DNA of 64,000 nt from Candidatus Marinamargulisbacteria bacterium SCGC AG-343-D04 (GTDB lineage: Bacteria > Margulisbacteria > Marinamargulisbacteria > GCA-2716485 > GCA-002719695). This document shows, piece by piece, positions 51,580-61,322 of the stretch (position 1 is its first letter; every line of letters begins with the position of its first letter). The position numbers and the translations under genes are program-made. Location: contig QFBQ01000002.1 of NCBI GenBank assembly GCA_003265885.1, forward strand, positions 2,358 to 66,357, given 5' to 3'. The notes beneath the pieces were generated by a model. The model was not told where the DNA came from, ran no database searches, and worked only from the letters and a program-made list of their open reading frames with translations.

Positions 51580-52558
51580 TTTTCTGTATTAAATGACTTA
51601 ATTCTAGTGCGGCGTAGGTAAATATAATATCTGCGCCTGCTCTTTTTATAGATGTGATCACTTCTAAAAGTGCATCATCATAATTTAACAGACCTTCTTT
51701 AGACGCATGTTTTAGCATCGCATATTCACCACTTACATGATATGCCGCCACTGGTAGAGTTGTGTTTTCTTTGATGGATTGAATGATATCTAAATAGGCT
51801 AAAGCGGGTTTCACCATCAAAATATCGGCGCCTTCTTCTTCATCTAATAAAGCCTCTCTCAAAGCTTCACGTTTGTTTGCGGGGCTCATTTGATAGGTTT
51901 TTTTATCACCCTCTTTTGGGGTGGAATTCAAAGCTTCTCTAAATGGCCCATAAAATGCAGACGCATATTTTGCAGTATAGGAAATAATACCGGTATCAAT
52001 AAAATCTTTTTTATCTAGAGATTCTCGAATTCTTACAACTCTTCCATCCATCATATCTGATGGAGCTACAAAGTCTGCACCTACTTGTGCATGTAAAACC
52101 GCCATTTCTGATAGAATATCAACCGTTTTATCATTAATGATTTTGCCGTTTTCAACAATACCATCATGACCGTCAGATGAATATGGGTCCAAGGCGACAT
52201 CTGTAATTACAATTAAATGAGGAAACTCTTTTTTAATATATTGCACAGCTTTGCATAAACAGTTTTTTTCATCTAATCCAATACTGCCCACTGAATCTTT
52301 TTTATTTTCATTGATTGAAGGAAATAAGGCTACCCCCAAAACATGTTGCTTACTTACTTCTTCGCAAATCTCTTCTAGTCGATCCACAGAGTATCGATTT
52401 ATTCCTGGAAGACTTGGGATTGACGTAACAGAGTTCTGATTATCATCAATAAAGATGGGGAAAATAAAATCATTTGAAGACAGCCTTGTTTCACTTACAA
52501 GTTCTCTGATTGCATCACTTTTTCGTAGTCGCCGAGGTCGTTTTAAGTTATCCATCAT
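51569..52558 (-). CDS. hemB: porphobilinogen synthase (delta-aminolevulinate dehydratase), Asp-rich (Mg-type) metal site
   Basis: 329 aa. Motifs are RPRRLRKSDAIRELVSET, DVALDPYSSDGHDG (Asp-rich rather than Cys-rich), VAPSDMMDGRV and MVKPALAYLDII (active-site Lys). Confidence 0.9.
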   Translation of the reverse strand: MMDNLKRPRRLRKSDAIRELVSETRLSSNDFIFPIFIDDNQNSVTSIPSLPGINRYSVDRLEEICEEVSKQHVLGVALFPSINENKKDSVGSIGLDEKNCLCKAVQYIKKEFPHLIVITDVALDPYSSDGHDGIVENGKIINDKTVDILSEMAVLHAQVGADFVAPSDMMDGRVVRIRESLDKKDFIDTGIISYTAKYASAFYGPFREALNSTPKEGDKKTYQMSPANKREALREALLDEEEGADILMVKPALAYLDIIQSIKENTTLPVAAYHVSGEYAMLKHASKEGLLNYDDALLEVITSIKRAGADIIFTYAALELSHLIQKIKH

Positions 52559-52656
52559 TTTTTATTTAAACACAGTTCATTTACGATGACTATATTTTTC
52601 TTACTCCAAATGATAAAATAGACACAAATAATAAGACTCAAACGTGTAGGTGTATA

Positions 52657-53133
52657 GTGACAGAAATATTTAATAAAAGAGAATCGATAGAACAAGTGGA
52701 AGAAAGCCCAGCTTTTGCCCCTAAATTTGACACAAATGGATTAATCCCTGTTGTTACAACAGATTATTCTTCAGGTGAAGTACTCATGCAAGGATACATG
52801 AATAAAGAAGCCTTAACAAAAACCCTTGAATTGGGAGAGGCTGTTTATTTTTCTCGTAGTCGAAAAGTATTATGGCACAAAGGTAAAACCAGTGGTTTAG
52901 TTCAAAAAGTGAAACAAATTCGTATTGATGATGATCAAGATTGTGTATGGTTACGTGTTGATGTTCAAGGTGGAGCAAGTTGTCATGTCGGCTACCGCTC
53001 TTGCTTTTATAGAAGTATTCCTTTTGGGAAAGACTTTGATCCGAATCATATTGCATTAAAGTTTGAAGAAAATGAAAAGGTGTTTGACCCAACTGATGTG
53101 TACGGAGATGCGCCTAATCCAACCATTTTATAA
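52657..53133 (+). CDS. hisI: phosphoribosyl-AMP cyclohydrolase (stand-alone HisI, no HisE fusion)
   Basis: 158 aa with a GTG start. Motifs are [43 protein letters not shown] and [28 protein letters not shown]. Confidence 0.85.
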   Translation: MTEIFNKRESIEQVEESPAFAPKFDTNGLIPVVTTDYSSGEVLMQGYMNKEALTKTLELGEAVYFSRSRKVLWHKGKTSGLVQKVKQIRIDDDQDCVWLRVDVQGGASCHVGYRSCFYRSIPFGKDFDPNHIALKFEENEKVFDPTDVYGDAPNPTIL

Positions 53134-53135
53134 TT

Positions 53136-53363
53136 GTGATCCATTCATTCTTAAAGGGTTTGATTTTGTTTTATAGATTCTGTATTTCTCCATTTAAGCC
53201 TAGAAGCTGTCGTTTTTCTCCGAGTTGTTCTGAATATGCTTATGAGGTTGTAAAGAACCATGGTGTGCTCAGTTCACTTTCTCTTATTTTTAAACGACTT
53301 TCTAAGTGTCATCCCTGGGGATCTTTTGGATATGACCCGGCACCATCAAAAAGCGAGCTATAA
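53136..53363 (+). CDS. yidD: membrane protein insertion efficiency factor YidD
   Basis: 75 aa with a GTG start. LILFYRFCISPFKPRSCRFSPSCSEYAYEVVKNHG...RLSKCHPW...GYDPAP is the YidD signature. Confidence 0.85.
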   Translation: MIHSFLKGLILFYRFCISPFKPRSCRFSPSCSEYAYEVVKNHGVLSSLSLIFKRLSKCHPWGSFGYDPAPSKSEL

Positions 53364-54830
53364 ATGACACTATTTATTTACAATACCTTATCCAAGGAAA
53401 AAGAAGAATTTCAGTCTATAGAGCCTCATAAAGTTCGTATGTATTTATGTGGACCTACGGTCTATGACCTCTTGCATATTGGCAATTTTCGAGGCGTCAT
53501 ATTTTTCAATCTTGTTCGAAATTGGCTTGAACGTAATGGGTATGACGTTAGATTTGTTTTAAATTTTACGGATATCGATGATAAAATTATCACTCGTGCC
53601 CAAGAAGAAGGGATATCTACTGAAGCGTTAACCAAAAGATATATCGCGGCTTATTTAGAAGATGTGCAATGCTTACATATTACCCCTCACGAACTTAATC
53701 CAAAGTGTACAGATCATATCCAAGACATGATCACCTTTATTACTCAATTAATAGACAAAAAATCTGCATATGTTAGTGAGGGTTCTGTGTTTTTTGATAT
53801 CAGCCGTTTTTCTGATTATGGGAAACTTAGCGGAAAAAAACTAGAGGATTTAATTGCCGGCCACCGTGTTGATCCTGATCCAACCAAGAAAAACCCTCTT
53901 GATTTTGTTCTATGGAAACCATCAAAGGAAGGGGAACCCTATTGGGACTCTCCTTGGGGAAAAGGAAGACCTGGATGGCATATTGAATGCTCTGCAATGA
54001 ATCACTGCATTCATGGAGACCAAATTGATATTCATGGCGGTGGAATTGATTTGATTTTTCCTCATCATGAAAATGAAATTGCACAAAGCGAAAGTCTGAC
54101 AGGAAAATCCTTCTCGCGCTATTGGATGCATAATAACTTTATTCGTTTTGGAAACGATAAAATGTCTAAATCATTGGGCAATGTCATTAAAGCTCGAGAT
54201 TATATGACTCAGTTTCATCCAGAAATTTTGAAATTTTTAATGTTAAGTGTGCATTATCGTTCTGAATTAAGTATCGATAACAAGCAAACCCACCAAGCGA
54301 TTGGCCGCTTATCTAGAATTTATCATGCATTAAAGACTGCTCAAGAATTATCTCAGGATACACAAGCTACGCCTTTACCCTTTATAGAAACTCTGAATAC
54401 TGCAGAACAACGTATTTCAGACGCATTAAATGATGACTTTAACACCCCCGTTGTGTTTGCAGCTTTCTTTGATGTTATTAGAGAATTTAATCAGCTTTGC
54501 AATCAATTAAAAAAGAAGGATCCTTCTTTGAAATCTGCTGCATATGCGTTATCCACGTTTATAGAAACAAAAGGAGCCTTGTTTAGTCTTTTTCAAGAAA
54601 ACTCGGATTCGTTTTTAAAAGCATTAGATATGATTCTCGTAAAAGAAAAAAATATTGATATTAGGCATGTTGAGGCTTTAATTCAACAGCGTAATGACGC
54701 TCGAAAAAACAAAGATTTCTCTCTATCTGACTCTATTAGAGACAAGTTGACAGATATGAGTATTCTTATCCAGGACACTCCAAACGGAACGGTTTGGGAG
54801 ATGGATAAATACTCAGATAGTGTCGATTAA
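53364..54830 (+). CDS. cysS: cysteine--tRNA ligase
   Basis: 488 aa. It has the class-I HIGH motif (CGPTVYDLLHIGNFRG), WHIECSAM, and KMSKS (NDKMSKSLGN). The ATG follows the yidD stop directly. Confidence 0.92.
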   Translation: MTLFIYNTLSKEKEEFQSIEPHKVRMYLCGPTVYDLLHIGNFRGVIFFNLVRNWLERNGYDVRFVLNFTDIDDKIITRAQEEGISTEALTKRYIAAYLEDVQCLHITPHELNPKCTDHIQDMITFITQLIDKKSAYVSEGSVFFDISRFSDYGKLSGKKLEDLIAGHRVDPDPTKKNPLDFVLWKPSKEGEPYWDSPWGKGRPGWHIECSAMNHCIHGDQIDIHGGGIDLIFPHHENEIAQSESLTGKSFSRYWMHNNFIRFGNDKMSKSLGNVIKARDYMTQFHPEILKFLMLSVHYRSELSIDNKQTHQAIGRLSRIYHALKTAQELSQDTQATPLPFIETLNTAEQRISDALNDDFNTPVVFAAFFDVIREFNQLCNQLKKKDPSLKSAAYALSTFIETKGALFSLFQENSDSFLKALDMILVKEKNIDIRHVEALIQQRNDARKNKDFSLSDSIRDKLTDMSILIQDTPNGTVWEMDKYSDSVD

Positions 54831-54838
54831 TTATCTAT

Positions 54839-56938
54839 TTAAATAGATAATAGCAAGTCATCATAACTTGGTAATGTCCAGAATTCATGACTCACTCGAA
54901 GTTCTGCTGTATCGACATCATCTCTAAGCGTTTGTAATAACTCTAAACCTTTTATAGCAATATCATATGCTTGCTTATAGCTATCGTCTATCTTTTCTGC
55001 ATCAACTATGTATTTTTTCAAATAAACTTCTTTGGTTTGGATAGATGAATATAAAAACTCTAATGCTCTAATATCATTTTTTAATGCAGCAGACGTTACA
55101 CCAGCATTCTTAGCAGCTAAAAAGGCCTCTCCCGTTACATTCATTTGTTTCAAAATCGATGGCAATATGCTTTTTCTTACTAAATCTAATGCAACTTTTA
55201 ATTCTATTAATTTCGAATTAGAATAAGCCTCACATTTAATCTCTACTCTAGATTTTAATTCTCGCTCAGTTAACACTTCAAATTCTTCAAACAAAGCAAT
55301 GCAATCTTTATTTAAATTGTACTTCAATGACTCTGGGGTCGTTTTAGGAACAAATAGTTTTCGTTTTTTGGCTTCTTTTTTCCACTCATCTGCATAATTA
55401 TTGCCTTCAAATCTTATCGCTTTTGTTTCCTTTAACACATCTTTTAATACTAATAATGCATTCTTTTTAATATCGCCCTTTTTCTTTTCTAATCGATCTG
55501 TTATGACTTTGTATCCATAGGCACATAAAAGATTAAGAATTTTTGCGGCATCAGATCCATTTGCAGAAGATCCAAGAGCTCGTAACTCAAATTTATTTCC
55601 TGTAAATGCTATTGGAGAGGTTCTATTTCTATCTGAAATATCTTTCACAACTTTTGGCATAACTTCTAGACCATGATTAATATAATTCATTTCTTTATCA
55701 GTAAAGGTTTTAGCTCCTTCAATATGCTCTAAAATTTCTGTTAAATAATCTCCTAGATATATAGATAAAATGGCTGGAGGTGCTTCATGGGACCCTAACC
55801 TATGCTCATTTCCTGCGTCTGAAATAGCTGCTGATAATAAGCCTGAGTATTTTTGAACACCCATCAGCAGTGCTCCTAATGTCATTAAAAAGGATATATT
55901 TTTCAATGGAGACCGTGACGGCTCTAAATAATTCGCTCCAGTATTATCTCCAATAGACCAATTCATATGCTTTCCAGAACCGTTTAATCCAGCAAATGGC
56001 TTTTCATGATGAAGTACTAAGAACTTATGTTTATGAGCCACTCGTCTCATTAAATCCATCACGATCAGGTTATGATCGATTGCCAAGTTCATTTCTTCAT
56101 AAAGCGGCGCTAACTCAAACTGATTAGGGGCAACTTCATTATGCTTTGTTTTAACCGGTATACCATATCGATATAACTCTTTATCTAAATCATTCATAAA
56201 CTTCATTACTTTAGGCTGAATAGCTCCAAAATAATGATCGTCCATTAACTGTCCTTTTGATGGAGCCGCTCCAAAAACGGTGCGTCCACAAATCATTAAA
56301 TCTGGACGTTTTTCAGCAATTTCTTTTGGAATCAAAAAATATTCTTGCTCCATACCTGAGTAGACCTTAATGCGTTTTGCTTGACGATTTCCTAATAATT
56401 TTTGCAACTTAATAACATGTTTATTCAAACTTTTTGTAGAACGGTTTAGCGGAGTTTTCATATCTAATGCTTCGCCCGTCCAGGACAAATAAATAGACGG
56501 AATAATTAAAGAACGCTCAGCCCCTTCATCTCTTAAAAAAACAGGAGAAGTTGGGTCCCAAGCGGTATAACCTCTTGCTTCAAATGTAGTTCGAATTCCT
56601 CCTGATGGAAATGAAGATGCATCAGGTTCAGACTGGATAAGTTGAGACGCTGAGAAAGTCTCAATAATTTTCCCCTCTTTATCATAACTAATAAAAGCAT
56701 CATGCTTTTCAGCGGTTCCAGATCGTTGAGGCTGAAACCAATGAGTGAAATGTGTTGCACCATTATCTACAGCCCATTCTTTTATAGCTCTAGCAACATC
56801 ATCTGCGATACTTTCATCTAGTGCAATTCCATTCTCAATTGTTTCAATTAACTTCTGATATGTTGCATTGCTCAAACGATTTTGCATCTCATCTTTAGTA
56901 AAAACCAATTCCCCATAACTATCTGTTACCCTTGCCAT
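54839..56938 (-). CDS. glnN: glutamine synthetase, type III
   Basis: 699 aa. FTHWFQPQRSGTAEKHDAF, SFPSGGIRTTFEARGYTAWDP, MEQEYFLI, KHNEVAPNQFELAP and FAGLNGSGKHMNWS match the long GlnN-type enzyme. Confidence 0.85.
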   Translation of the reverse strand: MARVTDSYGELVFTKDEMQNRLSNATYQKLIETIENGIALDESIADDVARAIKEWAVDNGATHFTHWFQPQRSGTAEKHDAFISYDKEGKIIETFSASQLIQSEPDASSFPSGGIRTTFEARGYTAWDPTSPVFLRDEGAERSLIIPSIYLSWTGEALDMKTPLNRSTKSLNKHVIKLQKLLGNRQAKRIKVYSGMEQEYFLIPKEIAEKRPDLMICGRTVFGAAPSKGQLMDDHYFGAIQPKVMKFMNDLDKELYRYGIPVKTKHNEVAPNQFELAPLYEEMNLAIDHNLIVMDLMRRVAHKHKFLVLHHEKPFAGLNGSGKHMNWSIGDNTGANYLEPSRSPLKNISFLMTLGALLMGVQKYSGLLSAAISDAGNEHRLGSHEAPPAILSIYLGDYLTEILEHIEGAKTFTDKEMNYINHGLEVMPKVVKDISDRNRTSPIAFTGNKFELRALGSSANGSDAAKILNLLCAYGYKVITDRLEKKKGDIKKNALLVLKDVLKETKAIRFEGNNYADEWKKEAKKRKLFVPKTTPESLKYNLNKDCIALFEEFEVLTERELKSRVEIKCEAYSNSKLIELKVALDLVRKSILPSILKQMNVTGEAFLAAKNAGVTSAALKNDIRALEFLYSSIQTKEVYLKKYIVDAEKIDDSYKQAYDIAIKGLELLQTLRDDVDTAELRVSHEFWTLPSYDDLLLSI

Positions 56939-57035
56939 TTCTTACATCTCCTTCTAAATATGCTTCTAATTTTAAGCATTTCTCAATATTGTGATACCAC
57001 AATACCATGATTTTCAAACAATTTCACTAATTTTG

Positions 57036-58211
57036 CTAGACAGATACAGAAATGGACACAGATTGGCCACCGCCAATGCAGAGAGAAGCAACTCCTTTAT
57101 GGCAAGATCGTCGTTGCATTTCATGGCATAAAGTTACAAGAATTCGTGCTCCTGAGGCCCCAATGGGATGCCCTAATGCTATAGCTCCCCCATTCACATT
57201 GATCTTTTCTTTTGGAATCTTTAACTCTTTCTGTATTACAATAGATTGCGCCGCAAATGCTTCGTTAATTTCAAAAAGGTCTACATCGCCTATGCTAGAG
57301 TGTGATTTTTTTAATAGAGTTTCTATGCCTTTTAATGGCGCAACCCCCATTAATGCGGGGTCGTATCCTGTAGAACAATACTCGTTGATACAGACAAGTG
57401 GTGTAAGATTAAGCTCCTTCATCTTTTTTTCACTGATGATAACAAGAAAAGCCGCTCCATCATTAATGCCAGATGCATTTCCAGCCGTTACCGATCCGTC
57501 TTTTGTAAAGGCGGGTCTTAATTTACTCAGAGTATCTAGGCTTGTATCTTCTCTAATAAATTCATCTTGCTCTTTTAAGAGTATATCTTTTTTTATCCTA
57601 ACTTCTACCGGAGAAATTTCATTCCTAAAGACTTCGTTTCGTCTCGCAGAGGCAGCTTTTTGTTGGGAATGAAAAGCAAATTCATCTTGTTCTTCTCTAC
57701 TAATGCTCCACTTTTTAGCCACGTTTTCAGCTGTTTCTCCCATATGAATATCACAAAAGGCATCCCACAGACCATCTTGAATAATGCTATCCAATACTTG
57801 CTGATGTCCAAGCTTTGATCCAAATCTCTGTTTTTTTAGTATATATGGAGCTTGAGACATAGACTCTACCCCGCCAGCGATAACAACATCTACATCTCCA
57901 CATTTAATCTGTTGGGCAGCCAACATAACGGCCTGCAATCCAGAACCACATACATGATTCAATGTAAACGATGGGATGGATTCGTCTATACCAGAATGAA
58001 TAGCGATTTGACGCGCCATGTTCTGTCCATGCCCCGCACCTAAAACATTCCCACAGATTAGCATATCGCAACTGTCTTTTAATCCCTGATGATCAGCAAG
58101 TAAATCCTCCACACATTGCCTCCCCAATTCTACAGGGGACAAAGAAGATAATCCTCCTCCAAAGTTTCCAATACATGTTCTTTTTGCTGCTACAATATAT
58201 ACCTTTTCCAT
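57036..58211 (-). CDS. acetyl-CoA C-acetyltransferase (thiolase II)
   Basis: 391 aa. Motifs are MEKVYIVAAKRTCIGNFGG, the active-site Cys in LNHVCGSGLQAV, NVNGGAIALGHPIGASGARIL and CIGGGQSVS. The 206-aa + strand ORF 57052-57672 is its antisense shadow. Confidence 0.92.
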   Translation of the reverse strand: MEKVYIVAAKRTCIGNFGGGLSSLSPVELGRQCVEDLLADHQGLKDSCDMLICGNVLGAGHGQNMARQIAIHSGIDESIPSFTLNHVCGSGLQAVMLAAQQIKCGDVDVVIAGGVESMSQAPYILKKQRFGSKLGHQQVLDSIIQDGLWDAFCDIHMGETAENVAKKWSISREEQDEFAFHSQQKAASARRNEVFRNEISPVEVRIKKDILLKEQDEFIREDTSLDTLSKLRPAFTKDGSVTAGNASGINDGAAFLVIISEKKMKELNLTPLVCINEYCSTGYDPALMGVAPLKGIETLLKKSHSSIGDVDLFEINEAFAAQSIVIQKELKIPKEKINVNGGAIALGHPIGASGARILVTLCHEMQRRSCHKGVASLCIGGGQSVSISVSV

Positions 58212-58250
58212 AGTTCTTGCCTCTTTTCTAATTAGATATTTTAAATATAA

Positions 58251-58278
58251 TGATCATCTTTATGATCAAAGATATCTT
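58251..58278. promoter_or_regulatory. two adjacent palindromes in the thiolase / acetoacetyl-CoA synthetase divergent region (candidate operator)
   Basis: TGATCAT-cttt-ATGATCA (58251-58268; perfect 7-bp arms) is followed immediately by the perfect 10-bp palindrome AAGATATCTT (58269-58278). Any function is inference. Confidence 0.3.
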
Positions 58279-58352
58279 AAATAATTGCAATAAATTTTTG
58301 ATAAGTGGATAATAGAGCTACAGATTACATATTTTTATAAAGGAGAACAATT

Positions 58353-60299
58353 GTGTCAACTATTTTGTGGAAACCTAAAGATTCAGATATTCAAGCCTCT
58401 CAGATGTTTCAGTTTATGGAGTATTTAAATAATCAGCATAGTTTATCTCTATCTCAGTTTACAGAAATGCATGATTGGTCTTGCTCAAACCCATCAGAGT
58501 TTTGGGGATCCTTTTGGGATTATTCTCAACTTTGTTATTCATCACCTTATGAATGTGTGATCTCAAATAAATCTATACCTGGAACAGATTGGTTTACAGG
58601 AGCCTCACTCAACTATGCTGAAAATTGTTTGAAATTCAATGATTCTCATACTGCTATTATTAATGCTGATGAATCAGGGGAAACACATCGAACTAGCTAT
58701 AGTGAATTAAGCAAAAAAGTCAGTCAATGCCAGCAATTCCTTCTTTCAAGAAATATCAAAAAAGGAGATCGAGTAGCAGCAATTGTTACGAACTGTGAAG
58801 AAACTATCGTATTTTTTCTTGCTGTGGCCGCCATAGGCGCTATATGGACCTCTTGCTCTCCGGACTTAGGGGATGAAGCTATTTTAAGCAGATTTTCTCA
58901 AGTTGAACCAAGGTGTCTTCTCTTTGTAGATTCTTATATGTTTAAAAATAAATCCTATGACATTCGTGAACGCATTACAACAGTCATTCAAGAGCTATCG
59001 ACTCTTCATACTTGCGTACAACTAGATAGAGTTAATATCGAATCTTCATATCTTGATAGTGTAAATTACTCTTCTATCCTTCAAAACTATCCGCCCACTG
59101 AAATTCACTTTGAACAACTCCCCTTTAACCATCCTCTCTACATTTTATACTCTTCTGGAACCACCGGAAAACCAAAGTCTATTGTTCATTCTGCAGGAGG
59201 ATCTTTACTCGAACATATCAAGGAACAACGTCTTCATTGTAATCTTACTCGTGACGATGTTTTCTTTTACTACACAAGCTGCAGTTGGATGATGTGGAAC
59301 TGGTTAGTTTCAGGTCTTTCAACAGGGTCTACATTATTAGTGTTTGATGGGTCTCCTTTTTATCCTACAAGACTCTCTACATGGAAGCTTATCGATGATT
59401 ATTCTATTTCCATTTATGGAACCTCTGCAAAGTTTATTAATGCCTCTAGTAAGTTTAAACTGCGTCCTCAAGAAGATTTAGATTTATCTTCTTTGCGTTT
59501 AATTCTCTCAACAGGATCTCCTTTATATGATGAAGATTTTGATTACGTCTACGAGCATGTCAAATCTGATGTTCAATTAAGCTCTATTTCAGGGGGTACT
59601 GACATCGTAGGGTGTTTTGCTCTGGGAAACCCGGTTATGCCGGTTGTTCGTGGAGAACTTCAGTCTTTGAGTTTAGGGTACCCTGTAAAAGCTTATTCTC
59701 CAGAAGGGAAATCTGTCTTAAATGAAAAAGGAGAATTGGTTTGCGAAGGGCCTTTCCCCTCTATGCCAATTTATTTTTGGAATGACCCTGAAAACAAGAC
59801 GTTTAAAGATAGCTATTTTTCTAAATACAATAATATCTGGCATCATTCTGATTATATCTGTATTTCAGATACGGGTGGTGTTCGAATTTTAGGGAGAAGT
59901 GATGCCACTTTAAACCGGGCGGGAATAAGAATTGGAACCGCTGAAATTTATCAAGTAGTAGAGTCTCTCGACTTTGTTTCCGATAGCTTGGTCATCCATT
60001 TAGAAAAAACTGATCAGATGTTTCTGTTTGTCACCTCCCCCGATCACGAGACCTTAACACCCGAAATCAACAAAGCTATACTCCAACATATTAAAACAAC
60101 ACTCTCCCCTCGCCATTCTCCAAATAAAGTGTATATTGTTCCAGAAATCCCTTATACAAAAAATGGTAAAAAAATTGAATTAGCCGTAAAACACATCTTT
60201 ACTGGAAATGAAGAGTTGATTAACTATTCAAGTCTAGCAAATCAGAGTTCACTAGACTTTTATAAAACACTTGCAGACTCTATCTTATCTGTCTCGTGA
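58353..60299 (+). CDS. acetoacetate--CoA ligase (acetoacetyl-CoA synthetase)
   Basis: 648 aa with a GTG start and AAGGAG RBS. Motifs are ILWKPKDSDIQASQMFQFMEY...FWGSFWDY, LYSSGTTGKPKSIVHSAGG, GRSDATLNRAGIRIGTAEIY and IPYTKNGKKIE, as in AACS-type adenylate-forming enzymes. Confidence 0.85.
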   Translation: MSTILWKPKDSDIQASQMFQFMEYLNNQHSLSLSQFTEMHDWSCSNPSEFWGSFWDYSQLCYSSPYECVISNKSIPGTDWFTGASLNYAENCLKFNDSHTAIINADESGETHRTSYSELSKKVSQCQQFLLSRNIKKGDRVAAIVTNCEETIVFFLAVAAIGAIWTSCSPDLGDEAILSRFSQVEPRCLLFVDSYMFKNKSYDIRERITTVIQELSTLHTCVQLDRVNIESSYLDSVNYSSILQNYPPTEIHFEQLPFNHPLYILYSSGTTGKPKSIVHSAGGSLLEHIKEQRLHCNLTRDDVFFYYTSCSWMMWNWLVSGLSTGSTLLVFDGSPFYPTRLSTWKLIDDYSISIYGTSAKFINASSKFKLRPQEDLDLSSLRLILSTGSPLYDEDFDYVYEHVKSDVQLSSISGGTDIVGCFALGNPVMPVVRGELQSLSLGYPVKAYSPEGKSVLNEKGELVCEGPFPSMPIYFWNDPENKTFKDSYFSKYNNIWHHSDYICISDTGGVRILGRSDATLNRAGIRIGTAEIYQVVESLDFVSDSLVIHLEKTDQMFLFVTSPDHETLTPEINKAILQHIKTTLSPRHSPNKVYIVPEIPYTKNGKKIELAVKHIFTGNEELINYSSLANQSSLDFYKTLADSILSVS

Positions 60300-61117
60300 C
60301 AACTATTGGCATTATCGGATGTGGGTGGCTTGGACTTCCCTTAGCAAAGGCTTTAATTAAAGAAGAGTTCACTGTCTATGGAAGCACGACCTCAGACTCA
60401 ACATACACTACATTAACCGAATCTAATATTCACCCTTGCAAGCTTCTTATTGATGATAAACATAGAATAACATGTTCAGACCCGGATATTTTTTCTTCCG
60501 ACATCATAATCATCACCCTTCCATTCAAACGTTCTTTTTCTGAACCACAGGACTACGTTCTTCAGTTAAAAGCCCTGTTATCTACTATTGAAGAACGTAA
60601 TCGTTGTCATTCTGTACTATTTACCTCCTCTACATCAATTTACCCCCTAAATAATGGCATAGTTACAGAAGACACACCTATTGAGCCTAAAAACCCTAGA
60701 CAACAAGCCCTCTTAGATGTTGAGCAGTATCTTTTAAGTCTCTCATCCATAGATACGTGCATACTGCGTTGTGGGGGTATGTATGGCAATGATCGCCATA
60801 TTGGCAACTTTTTATCTGGCAAGAAAGTAAAAGGAAATGGCCAAGAACCCGTGAATCTTATTCATCTTTACGACTTAATTGGAATCATTACTCTAATCGT
60901 GAAGCGACCTATAAAAAACTCTATTTATAACCTTGTATCCACTGACCATCCATCTAAATCAGACCTCTATCATTTTCATTGCATAAAAAATGGAATATCT
61001 CCCCCAACATTTACTGATACATCATGCGCCTCTTTCAAGATAGTATCTAATCACAAGATCCTTCAGAGTTACTCATACTCATTAAAGTATCCAACTCCCC
61101 TAGCTGTCTATTCCTAA
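60296..61117 (+). CDS. NAD(P)-binding Rossmann-fold protein (epimerase/SDR-like)
   Basis: 273 aa with a GTG start in a GTGA overlap with the upstream stop. IGIIGCGWLGLPLAKAL is a dinucleotide-binding G-x-G-x-x-G motif. The rest is unrecognised. Confidence 0.55.
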   Translation: MTTIGIIGCGWLGLPLAKALIKEEFTVYGSTTSDSTYTTLTESNIHPCKLLIDDKHRITCSDPDIFSSDIIIITLPFKRSFSEPQDYVLQLKALLSTIEERNRCHSVLFTSSTSIYPLNNGIVTEDTPIEPKNPRQQALLDVEQYLLSLSSIDTCILRCGGMYGNDRHIGNFLSGKKVKGNGQEPVNLIHLYDLIGIITLIVKRPIKNSIYNLVSTDHPSKSDLYHFHCIKNGISPPTFTDTSCASFKIVSNHKILQSYSYSLKYPTPLAVYS

Positions 61118-61225
61118 GCACTACACATTTTCAACCTCTAGTATATAAATCAATTATTCTTATAAAGAAATCGTTAAACACAAAATTAACTGTATCTTTA
61201 TAATTCAACGAATGTCACAATACAG

Positions 61226-61253
61226 TTGACAAGGTTTATTCACTCTATAAAAT
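61226..61253 (+). promoter_or_regulatory. candidate sigma70-type promoter of the OM-barrel gene
   Basis: TTGACA (61226-61231), 16-nt spacer, TAAAAT (61248-61253), about 70 nt upstream of ATG 61323. This is a sequence match only. Confidence 0.3.
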
Positions 61254-61322
61254 AATATCAAATGGAGCAGTATGATATAATTTCTCTTATTCCTTTAAAT
61301 ATTCAAGCCCATTAAGTAAATT

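Noticed and set aside
52784-53092. 102-aa minus-strand ORF
   Set aside because: It is antisense to hisI, whose own frame carries the full cyclohydrolase signature.
54831-54850. Perfect 20-bp palindrome TTATCTATTTAAATAGATAA between the convergent cysS and glnN genes, as a bidirectional terminator
   Set aside because: The stem is almost pure A/T (one G-C pair per arm), has no real loop and has no flanking U-tract. It may still matter, but it does not meet the usual criteria for an intrinsic terminator.
57052-57672. 206-aa + strand ORF
   Set aside because: It is antisense to the thiolase gene, whose translation carries all thiolase signatures. The long open antisense frame is a codon-composition artefact. 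The short ORFs 57605-57823 and 57852-58043 were rejected for the same reason.
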